Assembly: GCA_963816395.1 (NCBI GenBank) | Contig: CAWFKQ010000016.1 | Location: 288,001 to 352,000, forward strand | Length of the DNA: 64,000 nt | Direction of reading: 5' to 3' | Origin: an uncultured delta proteobacterium | GTDB taxonomy: Bacteria; Desulfobacterota; Desulfuromonadia; Desulfuromonadales; JACZKF01 | Shown: piece after piece, positions 21,597 to 32,880 of the stretch | Layout of the letters: each line of letters opens with the position of its first letter | How positions within the stretch are numbered: the first letter of the stretch is position 1 | Program-made: the position numbers and the translations under genes | Notes under the pieces: model-generated | Database searches by the model: none | The model's input: the letters and a program-made list of their open reading frames with translations, nothing else | What the model was told of the DNA's origin: nothing

Positions 21597-23982
21597 GCGA
21601 GGAGATTCCCGACAACGTCCTGCTCACCAGCCTCGACGACCTCATCAACTGGGGGCGGGCGAACAGCCTCTGGCCGATGTTCTTCGGCCTCTCCTGCTGC
21701 TTCGTCGAGATGATGACCAGCATGACCCCGCGCCACGACCTGGCCCGCTTCGGCGCCGAGGTCCTGCGCCCCTCGCCGCGCGAGGCCGACCTGATGGTCA
21801 TCTCCGGCACCCCCTTCAAGAAGATGGGCGCCTCCATCCTGCGCCTCTACGAGCAGATGGCCAACCCCAAGTGGGTGGTTTCCATGGGCAGCTGCGCCAA
21901 CTCGGGCGGCATGTACGACGTCTACTCGGTCATCCAGGGGGTGAACCAGATCCTGCCGGTCGACGTCTACATCCCCGGCTGCCCGCCGCGGCCGGAGGCG
22001 TTCATGGAAGGGATTCTGCTGCTGCGCGACAAGATCCTGCGCCAGGAGCGCCCGGCGCGCAAGGTCCTGCACCTGCGCGGCGGCAGCGAGGGGACGACCG
22101 CCCCGGTGCTGGTGGACGGCGTCAGCAAGAGCCGCGACACCCGCGGCCCCGGCTACGGCAACGCCCCGATCCGCGGCACCTCCCTGCAGCACCCCCGCTT
22201 CTGGCAGAGCCGCTCGGAGATCATGTGGCGGCCGCCGCAGCCGCGGGTCGAATTCCCCCCCTCCACCCCCGATCTGCAACGGGCGGTGCGCGAGCGCTTC
22301 GGCGAGCGGGTGCGGGAGGCGGAGGCCGCCGACATGCCGACCCTGATCGCCTCCCCCGAGGACGCCCCCGCCCTGCTGCGCTTCCTCAAGACCGAGGCGC
22401 CGAAGCGCTTCCGCCGCCTGGAAGATCTGACCGCCGTCGACGAGCGCCTGCGCAAGCACCCGGTGGACGCCGACTTCACCCTGGTCTATCACCTGCTCTG
22501 CTTCGACGACCCCGGCTACCTGCGGGTGAAGGTCCCCCTGCGCGGCGAATATCCCGAGCCGTGCCGAGCATCACCGATATCTGGCCGGCCGCCGAATGGT
22601 ACGAGCGGGAGGTCTTCGACATGTTCGGCATCCGCTTCGCCGGCCACCCCGACCTGCGCCGCATCCTCATGCCGGAATGCTGGCAGGGGCATCCCCTGCG
22701 CAAGGAGCACCCCTTCCGCGGCACCGAGATGCCCCCCTATACGGCGGCGACCGCCGCCCTGATGGAGCCGCGGCCGGCCGACCAGTACTTCAAGGGGCAG
22801 CCGGTGCCGCCGGGGGAGCGAGGCGATGCTCCTCAACATCGGTCCGCAGCACCCCGGCACGCACGGCGTGCTGCGGCAGATCCTCAAGCTGCGCGGCGAG
22901 GAGATCGTCGATATCGATTCCGACATCGGCTATCACCACCGGGCGGCGGAGAAGATGGGGGAGCGCCAGCACTGGAACCAGTACATCCCCTACACCGACC
23001 GGATCGATTATCTCTCCGGCGTGCTCAACAACCTGGCCTACCTGCACCCGGTGGAGACCATGCTCGGGGTGGAGGTGCCGCCGCGCGCCCGTCTATGCGC
23101 GCATCATGCTCTGCGAGCTGTTCCGCATCGCCAACCACCTGGTCTGGCTCGGCACCTACGGCCACGACATCGGCGCCATGACCCCGGTCTTCTACGCCTT
23201 CGATTCGCGGGAGAAGATCTTCGACATCGTCGAGATGATCACCGGCGGCCGCATGCACCCCTCCTGGTTCCGCATCGGCGGCCTGCCCGCCGACCTGCCC
23301 GACGGCTGGAAGCAGGCGGTGGACGCCTTCACCGAAGGGTTTCGAGAAGCGCCTGCGGGAATTCGACCTGCTGCTGACCGACGGCCCCATCTTCCGCGCC
23401 CGCACCGAAGGGGTCGGGGCGATCAGCCTGGAGCGAGGCCATCGACTGGGGGATCTCCGGGCCGAACCTGCGCGCCTGCGGCTTCGCCTGGGACCTGCGG
23501 CGGGCATGCCCTACGGCGGCTATCCGGAATTCGATTTCGAGGTCGCCACCGCCACCGGCGGCGACTGCTTCGCCCGCTACCAGGTGCGCATGGAGGAGAT
23601 GCGGCAGAGCCTGCGCATCGTCCGCCAGGCGGCGGCGAACATGCCGGGCGGCCGCTGGGTGACCGACGACTACCGCTATGTCATGCCCAAGCGGGAGGAC
23701 ATGCTCAACGACATCGAGAGCCTGATCCACCACTTCATCAACGTCACCCGCGGCATGGCGCCGCCGGTGGGGGAATGCTACCGGGCGATCGAGTCGGCCA
23801 AGGGGGAATGCGGCTACTACGCCGTCAGCGACGGGGAGAACATCCCCTACCGGATGCGCATCCGCACCCCGTCCTTCCCGCACATGCAGGCGCTGCCGCT
23901 GATGGCCCGCGGCTGGCTGGTGGCCGACCTGATCACCATATTGGGTTCGGTCGATTTCGTATTGGCGGATTTGGACAGGTAA
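21593..23982 (+). CDS. nuoBCD: Fused NADH-quinone oxidoreductase B/C/D (several frameshifts)
   Basis: GLSCC and PGCPP (B); EREVFDMFG and GHPLRK (C); [16 protein letters not shown] and ESAKGE (D) in successive frames; shifts near 22555, 22815, 23090, 23342, 23432, 23503. Confidence 0.88.
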
Positions 23983-23985
23983 CAG

Positions 23986-24053
23986 GGCGGCCCGCGTCGG
24001 ATCCGACCGATCGGACGGATTGGACCGATCCGACAGATCGGATGCGGGCCGCC
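23986..24053. repeat. Hairpin enclosing 9-nt tandem repeats (nuoD/E junction)
   Basis: GGCGGCCCGCGTC/GATGCGGGCCGCC stem around TCCGACCGA TCGGACGGA TTGGACCGA TCCGACAGA. Confidence 0.8.
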
Positions 24054-24060
24054 GGTTGAG

Positions 24061-24565
24061 GTGAACTTGAATATACTGCTGACTGAATCCCAACTTGACG
24101 ACTTCCGCACCCGCGCCGCGGAGATGCCGCATCCGCGCGAGCTGGTGATCGACGTCCTGCGGGCGATCCAGGGCAACCACGGCTGGGTGCCGGACGAGGG
24201 GGTGGAGCTGGCCGGCGGACATCCTCGGCCTCTCGCCGCTGCAGGTGGAGGAGATCGCCACCTTCTACGACAAGATCTACCGGCAGCCGGTCGGCCGGCG
24301 GGTGATCCACGTCTGCGACTCGGTCTGCTGCTGGAGCCGGGGGGCGGAGGAGATCTACAACTACCTGCAGGAGAAACTCGGCGTCGCGCCCGGCGGCACC
24401 ACCGCCGACGGCGTCTTCACCCTGCTGCCCACCTGCTGCCTGGGGGCCTGCGGCGAGGCGCCGGCGATGATGATCGGCCTGACCACCTACGGGAATCTGA
24501 CGCGGGAGCGGGTGGATGAGATCCTGGAGCTGGAGCGCGGGAATTTAGCCAATGAGAATCCATAA
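24061..24565 (+). CDS. nuoE: NADH-quinone oxidoreductase subunit E (frameshift near 24215)
   Basis: IATFY, VCDSVCC, CCLGACGEAP [2Fe-2S] motifs. Confidence 0.9.
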
Positions 24566-24567
24566 GC

Positions 24568-24668
24568 TTTCAACGCAAAGAACGCCAAGAAAAAATGCAA
24601 GGCGCAGAGAAAACCTATGTCAGCTTTTACTTGGCGCCTTTGCGGACCTTAGCGTCTTTGCGTTGAAA
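24568..24668. repeat. Palindromic element with CGCAAAG-like units (nuoE/F junction)
   Basis: 14-bp perfect IR TTTCAACGCAAAGA/TCTTTGCGTTGAAA with internal CGCCAAG, CGCAGAG and their complements. Confidence 0.85.
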
Positions 24669-24694
24669 AAGCCTTTCTGCTTTCGGTGTCCATT

Positions 24695-25972
24695 ATGACC
24701 GAGACCCCGCAGCTCCTGTTCAAGAACCGCCGCCCCGGCGAGACCGCCTTCCTGGCGGAATACCGCAAAACCGGCGGCTACGAGGGGCTGCGCAAGGCGC
24801 TCAAGGAGATGAGCCCGGCCGAGGTGCGCGAGACGGTGAAGGCCTCGGGACTGCGCGGCCGCGGCGGCGCCGGTTTTCCCACCGGCGTCAAGTGGTCCTT
24901 CTTCCCGGCCGACAAGCCGGGGGAGAAGTACCTGGTGTGCAACGCCGACGAGATGGAGCCGGGGACCTACAAGGACCGGGAGATCCTGCTCGCCGACCCG
25001 CACCAGCTGGTGGAGGGGATGGTGGTCGCCGCCTATGCCCTGCAGGCGCCGGTCGGCTACATTTTCATCCGCTACGCCTACGAGCAATGCGCGCGCAACC
25101 TGGAGCGGGCCATCGCCGAGGCGAAGGAGGCGGGGCTGCTGGGCAAGGACATCCTCGGCTCCGGCTTCTGCCTGCGAACTGGTCGTGCACCGCAGCGCCG
25201 GCCGCTATATCTGCGGCGAGGAGACCGCCCTGCTCAACGCCCTGGAGGGGAAGCGGGCCAATCCCCGCGCCAAGCCTCCCTTTCCGGCGGTGCGCGGGCT
25301 GTTCGACAAGCCGACGACAGTGAACAACGTCGAGACGCTGGCCAGCGTGCCGCACATCATCGCCGGCGGCGCCGCCTGGTTCAAGGGGCTGGCCGCCACC
25401 GCCAAGGGGGCCGGCACCAAGCTCTACGGCCTCTCCGGGCACCTGGAGCGGACCGAATGCCACGAGCTGCCCATCGGCACCACCCTGCGGGAGATCGTGG
25501 AGAGATACGGCGGCGGCGTCTGGCAGGGGCGCCGCTTCAAGGCCTGCCTTCCCGGCGGCGCCTCCACCCCCTACCTGACCGCCGCCCACCTCGACGTCCC
25601 CCTCGATTTCGAGCCGCTGGAGGCGGTGGAGAGCCGGCTGGGGACCGGCGGGGTGACGGTCTTCGACGAGACCACCTGCATGGTCGAGGCGACCCTCAAC
25701 CTCAACAACTTCTTCGCCCGGGAGAGCTGCGGCTGGTGCACTCCCTGCCGCGACGGGCTGCCCTTCGTCTCCTGGCTGCTGCGCAAGATCGAGCGGGGGC
25801 AGGGGACGATGGAGGATATCGACATCATCCGCGACCAGATCAAAAATATCACCGGCACCACCTTCTGCGCCCTCGCCCAGGGCGCGGTCGGCCCCCTGGA
25901 GAGCCTGCTGCGGCTGTTCGGGGACGAGGTGGAGGATCATGTGAAGAAGGGCGGTGCCCGTTGAAAGGCTGA
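24695..25972 (+). CDS. nuoF: NADH-quinone oxidoreductase subunit F (frameshifts near 25173 and probably 25950)
   Basis: [37 protein letters not shown]. Confidence 0.92.
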   Translation: MTETPQLLFKNRRPGETAFLAEYRKTGGYEGLRKALKEMSPAEVRETVKASGLRGRGGAGFPTGVKWSFFPADKPGEKYLVCNADEMEPGTYKDREILLADPHQLVEGMVVAAYALQAPVGYIFIRYAYEQCARNLERAIAEAKEAGLLGKDILGSGFCLRTGRAPQRRPLYLRRGDRPAQRPGGEAGQSPRQASLSGGARAVRQADDSEQRRDAGQRAAHHRRRRRLVQGAGRHRQGGRHQALRPLRAPGADRMPRAAHRHHPAGDRGEIRRRRLAGAPLQGLPSRRRLHPLPDRRPPRRPPRFRAAGGGGEPAGDRRGDGLRRDHLHGRGDPQPQQLLRPGELRLVHSLPRRAALRLLAAAQDRAGAGDDGGYRHHPRPDQKYHRHHLLRPRPGRGRPPGEPAAAVRGRGGGSCEEGRCPLKG

Positions 25973-25977
25973 AAGGC

Positions 25978-26059
25978 GTGAAGAGTAATTGTGATGAGTA
26001 ATCTGTTATGAAAGGGCTTGTCCTATCACTATTACACATCACACATTACGCACCACATA
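25978..26059. repeat. Inverted 7-nt repeat arms (nuoF/G junction)
   Basis: GTGAAGA GTAATT GTGATGA GTAAT ... ATTACAC ATCACAC ATTACGC ACCACAT. Confidence 0.65.
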
Positions 26060-26078
26060 TACGCACCTGGAATTACGA

Positions 26079-28496
26079 ATGCCGACACTGACCATCGACA
26101 ACAAAACGATCACCGTCCCCGAGGGGACCAACGTCCTGGAAGCGGCGAAGGGGGTGGACATCGTCATCCCGCATTTCTGCTACCACGAGGCGCTGGGGGC
26201 GGTGGGGGCCTGCCGGCTGTGCGCCATGGACTTCGTCGACGGGCCGGTCAAGGGGATGCAGATGTCGTGCATGGTCAAGGCGCAGGACGGCATGGTGGTC
26301 TCCACCCTGGGCGAGCGGTCGGTCGATCTGCGCAAGCACGTGATCGAATGGCTGATGATCAACCATCCCCACGACTGCCCGGTCTGCGACGAGGGGGGGG
26401 AGTGCCAGCTGCAGGACATGACGGTGGCCGGCGGGCACGGCATCCGCCGCTTCGAGCGGCCGCAAGCGGACCTACGACAACCAGTATCTGGGGCCCTTCG
26501 TCTATCACGAGATGAACCGCTGCATCCAGTGCTATCGCTGCGTGCGCACCTACCAGGACTACTGCGGCGGCACCGATTTCGGCGTCCTCGGCTGCAACCA
26601 GCGCATCTATTTCGGCCGCTTCCGCGACGGCACGCTGGCGAGCCCCTTCTCCGGCAACATCGTCGACGCCTGCCCGACGGGGGTGTTCACCGACAAGACC
26701 TTCCGCTTCCAGGCCCGCTACTGGGACCTGGAGGAGGCGCCTTCGGTCTGCCCGCACTGCTCCCTGGGCTGCGCCGCCATCCCCGGCGCCCGCTACCGGG
26801 AACTGCAGCGGGTGCGCGCCGGGGTCAACCGGCAGACCAACGGCTTTTTCATCTGCGACCGGGGGCGCTTCGGTTACGGCCACGCCAACCATCCCGAGCG
26901 GCCCCGGCGGCCGCGCCTGGGGGAGCAGGAAACGACCTGGCCGGAAGCCCTGGCGGCGGCGCAGGCGACGCCTGGAGGAAATCGGAAAGGCGCACGGGCC
27001 GCAGGCGGTGGCCCTGCTCGGCTCCCCCCGCGCCTCCCTGGAGGCCAACTGGCTGCTGCGGCAGCTGGCCGGCTCCCTGGGCACGGACCGGATCGCTTTC
27101 GAGGTCAATCCCGGCCGCGACCGCACCGCCCGGGTGACCGCCGCCCGCCTCGGCGAGCTGGCGCGCAGCCAGGAGGAGATTCGCGGCAGCGACTGCCTGC
27201 TGCTGGTCGGCGCCGACCCCCTTAACGAGGGGCCGATGCTGGCGCTGGCGGTGCGCCAGGCGGTGCGCGGCCGGCGCGACGGCGGCGGTGATCGATCCCC
27301 GGCCGATCGAGCTCCCCTTCGCCGCGGTGCGCCTGCCGCTCTCGCCGGAGCGCCTGCCGGAGTTGCTCAAGGCGCTGCCGGAGGGGAAATTCGACGGCTT
27401 CAGCCGCCAGGAAGCCTCCATTCTGACCGGTATCGCCGCCCGCCTGGCGGCGGCGAAGCGGCCGGTACTGATCGGCGGCGGCGATCTGCTCGGGGCGCCC
27501 GGCGTGGAGGCGCTGCTGGCCGCCGCCCGCGCCCTCTCCCGGCCGGAGCGCCCCTGCGGCGCCGCGGTCCTGCTGGCCGGTCCCAACAGCTACGGCGGGG
27601 CCCTGCTGGCGGCCGACGGACCCGATTTCGCTGCCCTGCTGGACGGCATCGAGGCGGGGCGGATCAAGGCCCTGGTCTGCCTGGAAAGCGATCCCTTCGG
27701 CGACTACCCGGACCCGGCGCGGGCGCAGCGCGCTCTCGCCCGGCTGGAGCTGCTGCTGGTCCTCGACTACCTGCCGACGGTGGCGGCGGCCCGCGCCGAC
27801 ATTTTCCTCCCCACGACGGTTCCGGCGGAAGGGGCGGGGACCTTCGTCAACCACGAAGGGCGGATGCTCGCCTCTGCCGCGGTCTTCGATCCGGGAACGC
27901 CGATCCGGGCGACCGGCGGCGGCGACCACCCGCCGCGGGTCTTCGCGGCGTTCACCCCGGGCAGCCTGCCGCGGCCGGCCTGGAGCGTCCTGGCCGCCCT
28001 CCTCGGCGGTGCGGAGGAACAGCCCGCCCTGGAACAGGTGCGGCAGGAGCTGGCCGCCGCCGATCCCCGTTTCGCCGGGGTGGCCGGGCTGGCGGCGGAA
28101 AGCGAGGGCCGGCGGGTCTGCCGGCGGGCTGCCGGAGGAGGATGCGCGCTCCCGCCCCGCGCCGACCGCCGGCCGGACGACAGCCTGCGTCTGCTCGCCG
28201 TCGAAAACCTGTTCGGTTCGGAAATCATCGCCGCCTTTTCGCCGGTGCTCGACCCGGTGCGGCCGGCGCCGCATCTCTGGCTGCATGCCGACGACGCCGC
28301 CCGCCTGGGGCTGGTGGCCGGCGCCACCGCCCGCCTGAGCACCGAGGCCGGCGCGGTGGAAGCGACCGTGCGCCTCTCGGCGGCGATGGCTCCCGGAGTG
28401 GTGGTCGTGCCGCGCCTGCGCGGCACTCCCCTGGAGGATTTCGTCCCGGGCGGCGGCTGGCGCGCCTGCCGGGTCGAGAAAGGAGGGGCGCCGTGA
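26079..28496 (+). CDS. nuoG: NADH-quinone oxidoreductase subunit G (several frameshifts)
   Basis: FCYH, GACRLC, HPHDCPVCDEGGECQLQD, CIQCYRC, CPHCSLGC; shifts near 26460, 26968, 27272. Confidence 0.9.
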
Positions 28497-29482
28497 TCGA
28501 CTGGCTGACCATCCTGCTCATCGGCGTCAAGCTGGTCATCATCTTTGCCGTGGTCCTCACTCTGGCCGCCTACCTGGTGCTGGCCGAGCGCAAGATCCTG
28601 GCCCGCATGCAGCTGCGCCACGGTCCCAACCGGGTCGGGCCTTTCGGTCTGCTGCAGCCGCTGGCCGACGTGATCAAGCTGCTGACCAAGGAGGACTTCA
28701 TACCGGCGAATTCCGACCGCTGGATCTTCATGCTGGCGCCGGGCCTGGCGGCGGTGACCGCCCTGCTCGCCTTCGCCGTGGTCCCCTTTGCCCCGCCGAT
28801 CACCCTCTTCGGCCGACAGATCCCGATGGTGGTCTGCGATCTGAACGTCGGCGTCCTCTATTTCCTCGGCCTCTCCTCCCTGGCCGTCTACGGCGTGGCG
28901 CTGGGCGGGTGGGCCTCCAATTCCAAGTACTCGCTGCTCGGCGGCATCCGCGGCCTGGCCCAGCTCATCTCCTACGAGCTGCCGATGGGGCTGTCGGTGG
29001 TGCCGGTGATTCTGCAGGCGCGCTCCTTCTCCCTCACCGACATCGTCCTGGCCCAGCAGCCGATCCCCTTCCTGGTCACCAACCCGGTCGCCTTCCTCAT
29101 CTTCCTGATCAGCGTGGCGGCCGAGTCCCGGCGCATCCCCTTCGACCTGCCGGAGGCGGAGAACGAGATCGTGGCCGGCTTCCACACCGAATACTCGGGG
29201 ATGCGCTTCGGCCTGTTCTTCGTCGGCGAGTACATCAACATGATCATCCTCGGCTCGGTGACCACCGTCTTCTTTCTCGGCGGCTGGCTCGGGCCGTGGC
29301 TGCCGCCGGTGGTCTGGTTCGTCATCAAGGTGCTGGCGGTGGCCTTCGTCTTCATCTGGATGCGCGGCACCCTGCCGCGCCTGCGCTACGACCAGCTGAT
29401 GCACTTCGGCTGGAAGTTTCTCATTCCCCTCGCGCTGGTCAACGTGCTCGTGACGGGGGCGGTGCTGCTGTGGATAGGCTAG
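28493..29482 (+). CDS. nuoH: NADH-quinone oxidoreductase subunit H
   Basis: ERKILARMQLRHGPNRVG, PFDLPEAE, PRLRYDQLM. Confidence 0.96.
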   Translation: MIDWLTILLIGVKLVIIFAVVLTLAAYLVLAERKILARMQLRHGPNRVGPFGLLQPLADVIKLLTKEDFIPANSDRWIFMLAPGLAAVTALLAFAVVPFAPPITLFGRQIPMVVCDLNVGVLYFLGLSSLAVYGVALGGWASNSKYSLLGGIRGLAQLISYELPMGLSVVPVILQARSFSLTDIVLAQQPIPFLVTNPVAFLIFLISVAAESRRIPFDLPEAENEIVAGFHTEYSGMRFGLFFVGEYINMIILGSVTTVFFLGGWLGPWLPPVVWFVIKVLAVAFVFIWMRGTLPRLRYDQLMHFGWKFLIPLALVNVLVTGAVLLWIG

Positions 29483-29483
29483 G

Positions 29484-29516
29484 AAATTTTGAATTTTGAA
29501 TGCTGAATTTTGAATT
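29484..29516. repeat. Single TTTTGAA heptamer arm (nuoH/I junction)
   Basis: AAATTTTGAATTTTGAATGCTGAATTTTGAATT; near-identical to 51944-51976. Confidence 0.85.
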
Positions 29517-29546
29517 GAATCAAGAGGAAGATGGGAAGGTTAGACA

Positions 29547-30077
29547 ATGCCGATCTGGCGCGACATCAAAGGCACCATCCAGCCGTTCTGGGTGACCCTG
29601 CGGAACATGTTCCGCAAGCCGGTGACGATCCAGTACCCGGAGCAGAAGCGCGTGCCGCCGCCGCGCTACCGGGCGCGGATCATCCTCACCCGCGATCCCG
29701 ACGGCGGCGAGCGCTGCGTCGCCTGCTACCTGTGCAGCGCCGCCTGCCCCGTCGACTGCATCTCCATGCAGTCGGCCGAACTGCCGAACGGCCGCCGCTA
29801 TGCCAGCTGGTTCCGCATCAATTTCTCCCGCTGCATCTACTGCGGGCTGTGCGCCGAGGCCTGCCCGACCTGGGCGATCCAGATGAGCCCGGACTATGAG
29901 TTCTCCAAGTACGCGACCCTGGACATGGTCTATGAAAAGGAAGACCTGCTGGTGGACCACGGCGGCAAGGACCAGGAATACAATTTCTACCGGCACGCCG
30001 GCATCGGGGTGGTCAATCCCCGCGGCGGCAACGAGGACGAGTACGGACCGGTGGATATCCGGACCAATCTGCCCTGA
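29547..30077 (+). CDS. nuoI: NADH-quinone oxidoreductase subunit I
   Basis: Two CxxCxxCxxxCP motifs; TIQYPE. Confidence 0.96.
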   Translation: MPIWRDIKGTIQPFWVTLRNMFRKPVTIQYPEQKRVPPPRYRARIILTRDPDGGERCVACYLCSAACPVDCISMQSAELPNGRRYASWFRINFSRCIYCGLCAEACPTWAIQMSPDYEFSKYATLDMVYEKEDLLVDHGGKDQEYNFYRHAGIGVVNPRGGNEDEYGPVDIRTNLP

Positions 30078-30079
30078 AG

Positions 30080-30196
30080 GGAATTTTGAATTTTGAATTC
30101 TTAATTTTGAATTAAAAACTCAAAAACACGGAGCACGAAAGTCTTGAACTTGGATTTTGACCTTAATTCAAATCCAACATTTAAAATTCAAAATTT
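30080..30196. repeat. TTTTGAA/TTCAAAA heptamer-armed palindrome (nuoI/J junction)
   Basis: Inverted heptamer arms around a short AT-rich core; left arm 33/34 identical to the reverse complement of 52030-52063. Confidence 0.9.
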
Positions 30197-30716
30197 ATGG
30201 CCGCTATTATCTTTTACATCCTCGCCTTGACCGCCCTGGCCGCCACTGCCATGTGCATCACCCGCCGCAACCCGGTGCATGCGGTGATCTACCTGGTCAA
30301 CGCCTTCTTCGCCCTGGCGCTGATCTTCTATCTGCTGGGGGCGCCGCTGGTGGCGGCCTGGGAGGTGATCATCTATGCCGGCGCGATCATGGTCCTGTTC
30401 CTGTTCATCATCATGATGCTGGAGCTGGCGCCGACCGAGGCGCCGGGCGGTCCCGGCTGGCGGCGCTGGGTGCCGGTGCTGCTGCTCGGGGCGATCCTGC
30501 TCGCCTGCACGGTGGCGCTGATGGCGGTCGATCCCGGAGCCCGGCAGGGCGTGCCCTTCTATTACGCTTCGCCGCGCGTCTTCGGCTACGCCCTGTTCCA
30601 CGAGTATGCCCTGGCGGTGCAGGTGGTCTCCTTTCAGCTCCTCTTCGCCGCCGTCGGCGCCTACTACGTCGGCCGCTCGCCGGCGGAGCCGGGACGACGG
30701 AGGGGAGGCGCCATGA
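30197..30716 (+). CDS. nuoJ: NADH-quinone oxidoreductase subunit J (apparent read-through into nuoK, probably an indel)
   Basis: RNPVHAVIYL, IIYAGAIMVLFLF; ATGA overlap at 30713-30716. Confidence 0.88.
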
Positions 30717-31018
30717 TCGTGCCGATGACCCATATCCTGGCTTTTTCCGGGGCGATGTTTTTCCTCGGCTTCGCCTGCGTGCTGGCGCAGCGCAACCTGA
30801 TCATGATTCTGATCGGGGTGGAAATCATGCTCAACGCCGTCGGGGTCACCCTGGCCGGGGCTTCCGCCCTCTGGCAGCGGGTCGACGGACAGATCTTCGT
30901 CATCTTTCTCATGGCCATGACCTCGGCCGAGGTCTCCATCTCCCTGGCGGTGGTGGTCTATCTCAGCCGGCGCAAGCGGTCGATCGAGGCCGACGCCTTC
31001 AACGAGATGAAGGGATGA
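30713..31018 (+). CDS. nuoK: NADH-quinone oxidoreductase subunit K
   Basis: RNLIMILIGVEIMLNA, GQIF, SAEV; own SD GGAGG. Confidence 0.92.
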   Translation: MIVPMTHILAFSGAMFFLGFACVLAQRNLIMILIGVEIMLNAVGVTLAGASALWQRVDGQIFVIFLMAMTSAEVSISLAVVVYLSRRKRSIEADAFNEMKG

Positions 31019-32880
31019 ACCCGCAGCTTCTTTTCCTCATACCCCTGCTTCCCCTGCTCGCCGCGGCGCTGAACGTGCTGGCGGGGTGGAAGCTGTCCCG
31101 GGCGGCCCTGGTCGCCACGGCGGTCGGCGGCGTGGCCCTGGCGACGGTGGCGACCTTCGTCCTCTGGCCGCTGGCGGCCGGCGAGGGAACCCGGGCAACC
31201 CTCTACACCTGGCTGGCGAGCGGCGAGGTGCAGATCCCGCTGACCATCTACTTCGACCGCCTCTCCGCGCCCATGGCGCTGATGGTCACCCTCGTCTCCA
31301 CCCTCATCCATCTCTACGCCGTCGGCTACATGGAGGAAGAGCGCGATTACACCCGCTTCTTCTTCCTGCTCAACCTCTTCGTCTTTGCCATGCTGACCAT
31401 CGTCCTGGCCGACAACCTTCTGTTCCTCTTCCTCGGCTGGGAGGGGGTGGGCTTCTGCTCCTATGCGCTGATCGGCTTCTGGTACCGCGACGAGAAGAAT
31501 GCCCTGGCCGGCCGCAAGGCCTTTCTGGTCACCCGGGCCGGCGACGTCTTTTTCGGCATCGCCATCCTCTGGCTGTTTTCCCTGACCGGCACCCTGTCGA
31601 TCAGCGGCATCAATCAGGCGGCCGCCTCCTTTCCCCCGGGCACCCTCACCGTGCTGGCCCTGCTCCTGCTCGCCGGCGCCTGCGGCAAGTCGGCGCAGCT
31701 GCCGCTGATGACCTGGCTGCCGGATGCCATGGCCGGCCCCACCCCGGTCTCGGCCCTGATCCACGCCGCCACCATGGTCACCGCCGGGGTCTATCTGCTG
31801 TGCCGGCTTTTTCCCCTGGTTTCCCTCTCGCCGCTGGCGATGGCGGTCATCGCCGCCATCGGCGCGGCCACCGCCTTCTACGCCGCCACCTGCGCCCTGG
31901 CGCAGCGGGAGATCAAGCGGGTGCTGGCCTATTCCACCATGAGCCAGGTGGGATACATGTTCCTGGCGGTGGGCGCCGGTTCGGTCGCCGCGGCCCTCTT
32001 CCACCTGCTGACCCACGCCTTCTTCAAGGCCGTGCTGTTCATGGGCGCCGGCTGCGTCATCCACCTGACCGGCGGCGAGAACGACATCTTCCGCATGGGG
32101 GGACTGGCGCGCCGCGACCGCCTGGTCTTCGGCAGCTTCCTGGCCGGGGCGCTCTGCCTGGCGGGGGCGCCGCTGACCGGCGGCTTCTTTTCCAAGGACA
32201 CCATCCTGGCCACCGTTTTCGCTCTCGATACCCCGCTCTATCGGGGGCTGTGGGCGGCGGCGGTGCTGACCGCCCTGCTCACCGCCTTCTATACCTTCCG
32301 CCTGGTCTACCTGGTCTTCGCCGGTTCCCCGCGCGGGGAAAAGAGGGGCACCATCTGCCGGCGGTGATGCGCTGGACCCTGCCGCCCCTGGCCATTCTGG
32401 CTGTGCTCGGGGGCGGAATCAATCTGCCCGCCCTGTACGGCGGCGGCGAAGCCCTGCGCGCCTGGCTCGGGCCGGTGGCCGGCCAGGTGGCGCAGCTCTC
32501 GCACCAGGCCGAATGGGTTCTCGCCGGAATGGCCGGCTTCCTCTTTCTTCTCGGCTGGGCACTGGCCCGCTGGCGCTATCTGCCGGCGCCGTCCCCGGGC
32601 GAATCGCTGCCGGCCAGATTCCTGCTGCACGGCTGGGAGGCCGATCGGCTGGTGGACGCGCTGCTGGTGCGCCCTTTCGGGGCACTGGCCGTGCTCCTCT
32701 GGCAGGGAGTGGACGGGCGGCTGGTCGACGGCTTTCTGGAGAGCCTGGGACGGGGCAGCCTCCTTATCGGCGAGGGGCTGCGGCGCTTCACCACCGGCCG
32801 GCTGCACAGCTACCTGGCCGCCTTCGGCCTGGGGCTGGTGTGTCATGCTCGGCTGGTTTCTGCTGGCGTACCTGCGATGA
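31015..32880 (+). CDS. nuoL: NADH-quinone oxidoreductase subunit L (frameshifts near 32340 and 32842)
   Basis: GWEGVG, GKSAQLP, WLPDAMAGPTPVSALIHAATMV, THAFFKA. Confidence 0.92.

Noticed and set aside
29484..30196. AT-rich repeats as a possible CRISPR array
   Set aside because: Units are 7-nt tandem repeats without unique spacers; no cas genes.
30197..31018. Apparent NuoJ-NuoK fusion
   Set aside because: nuoK has its own SD and an ATGA overlap; one indel in an error-rich region explains the read-through.
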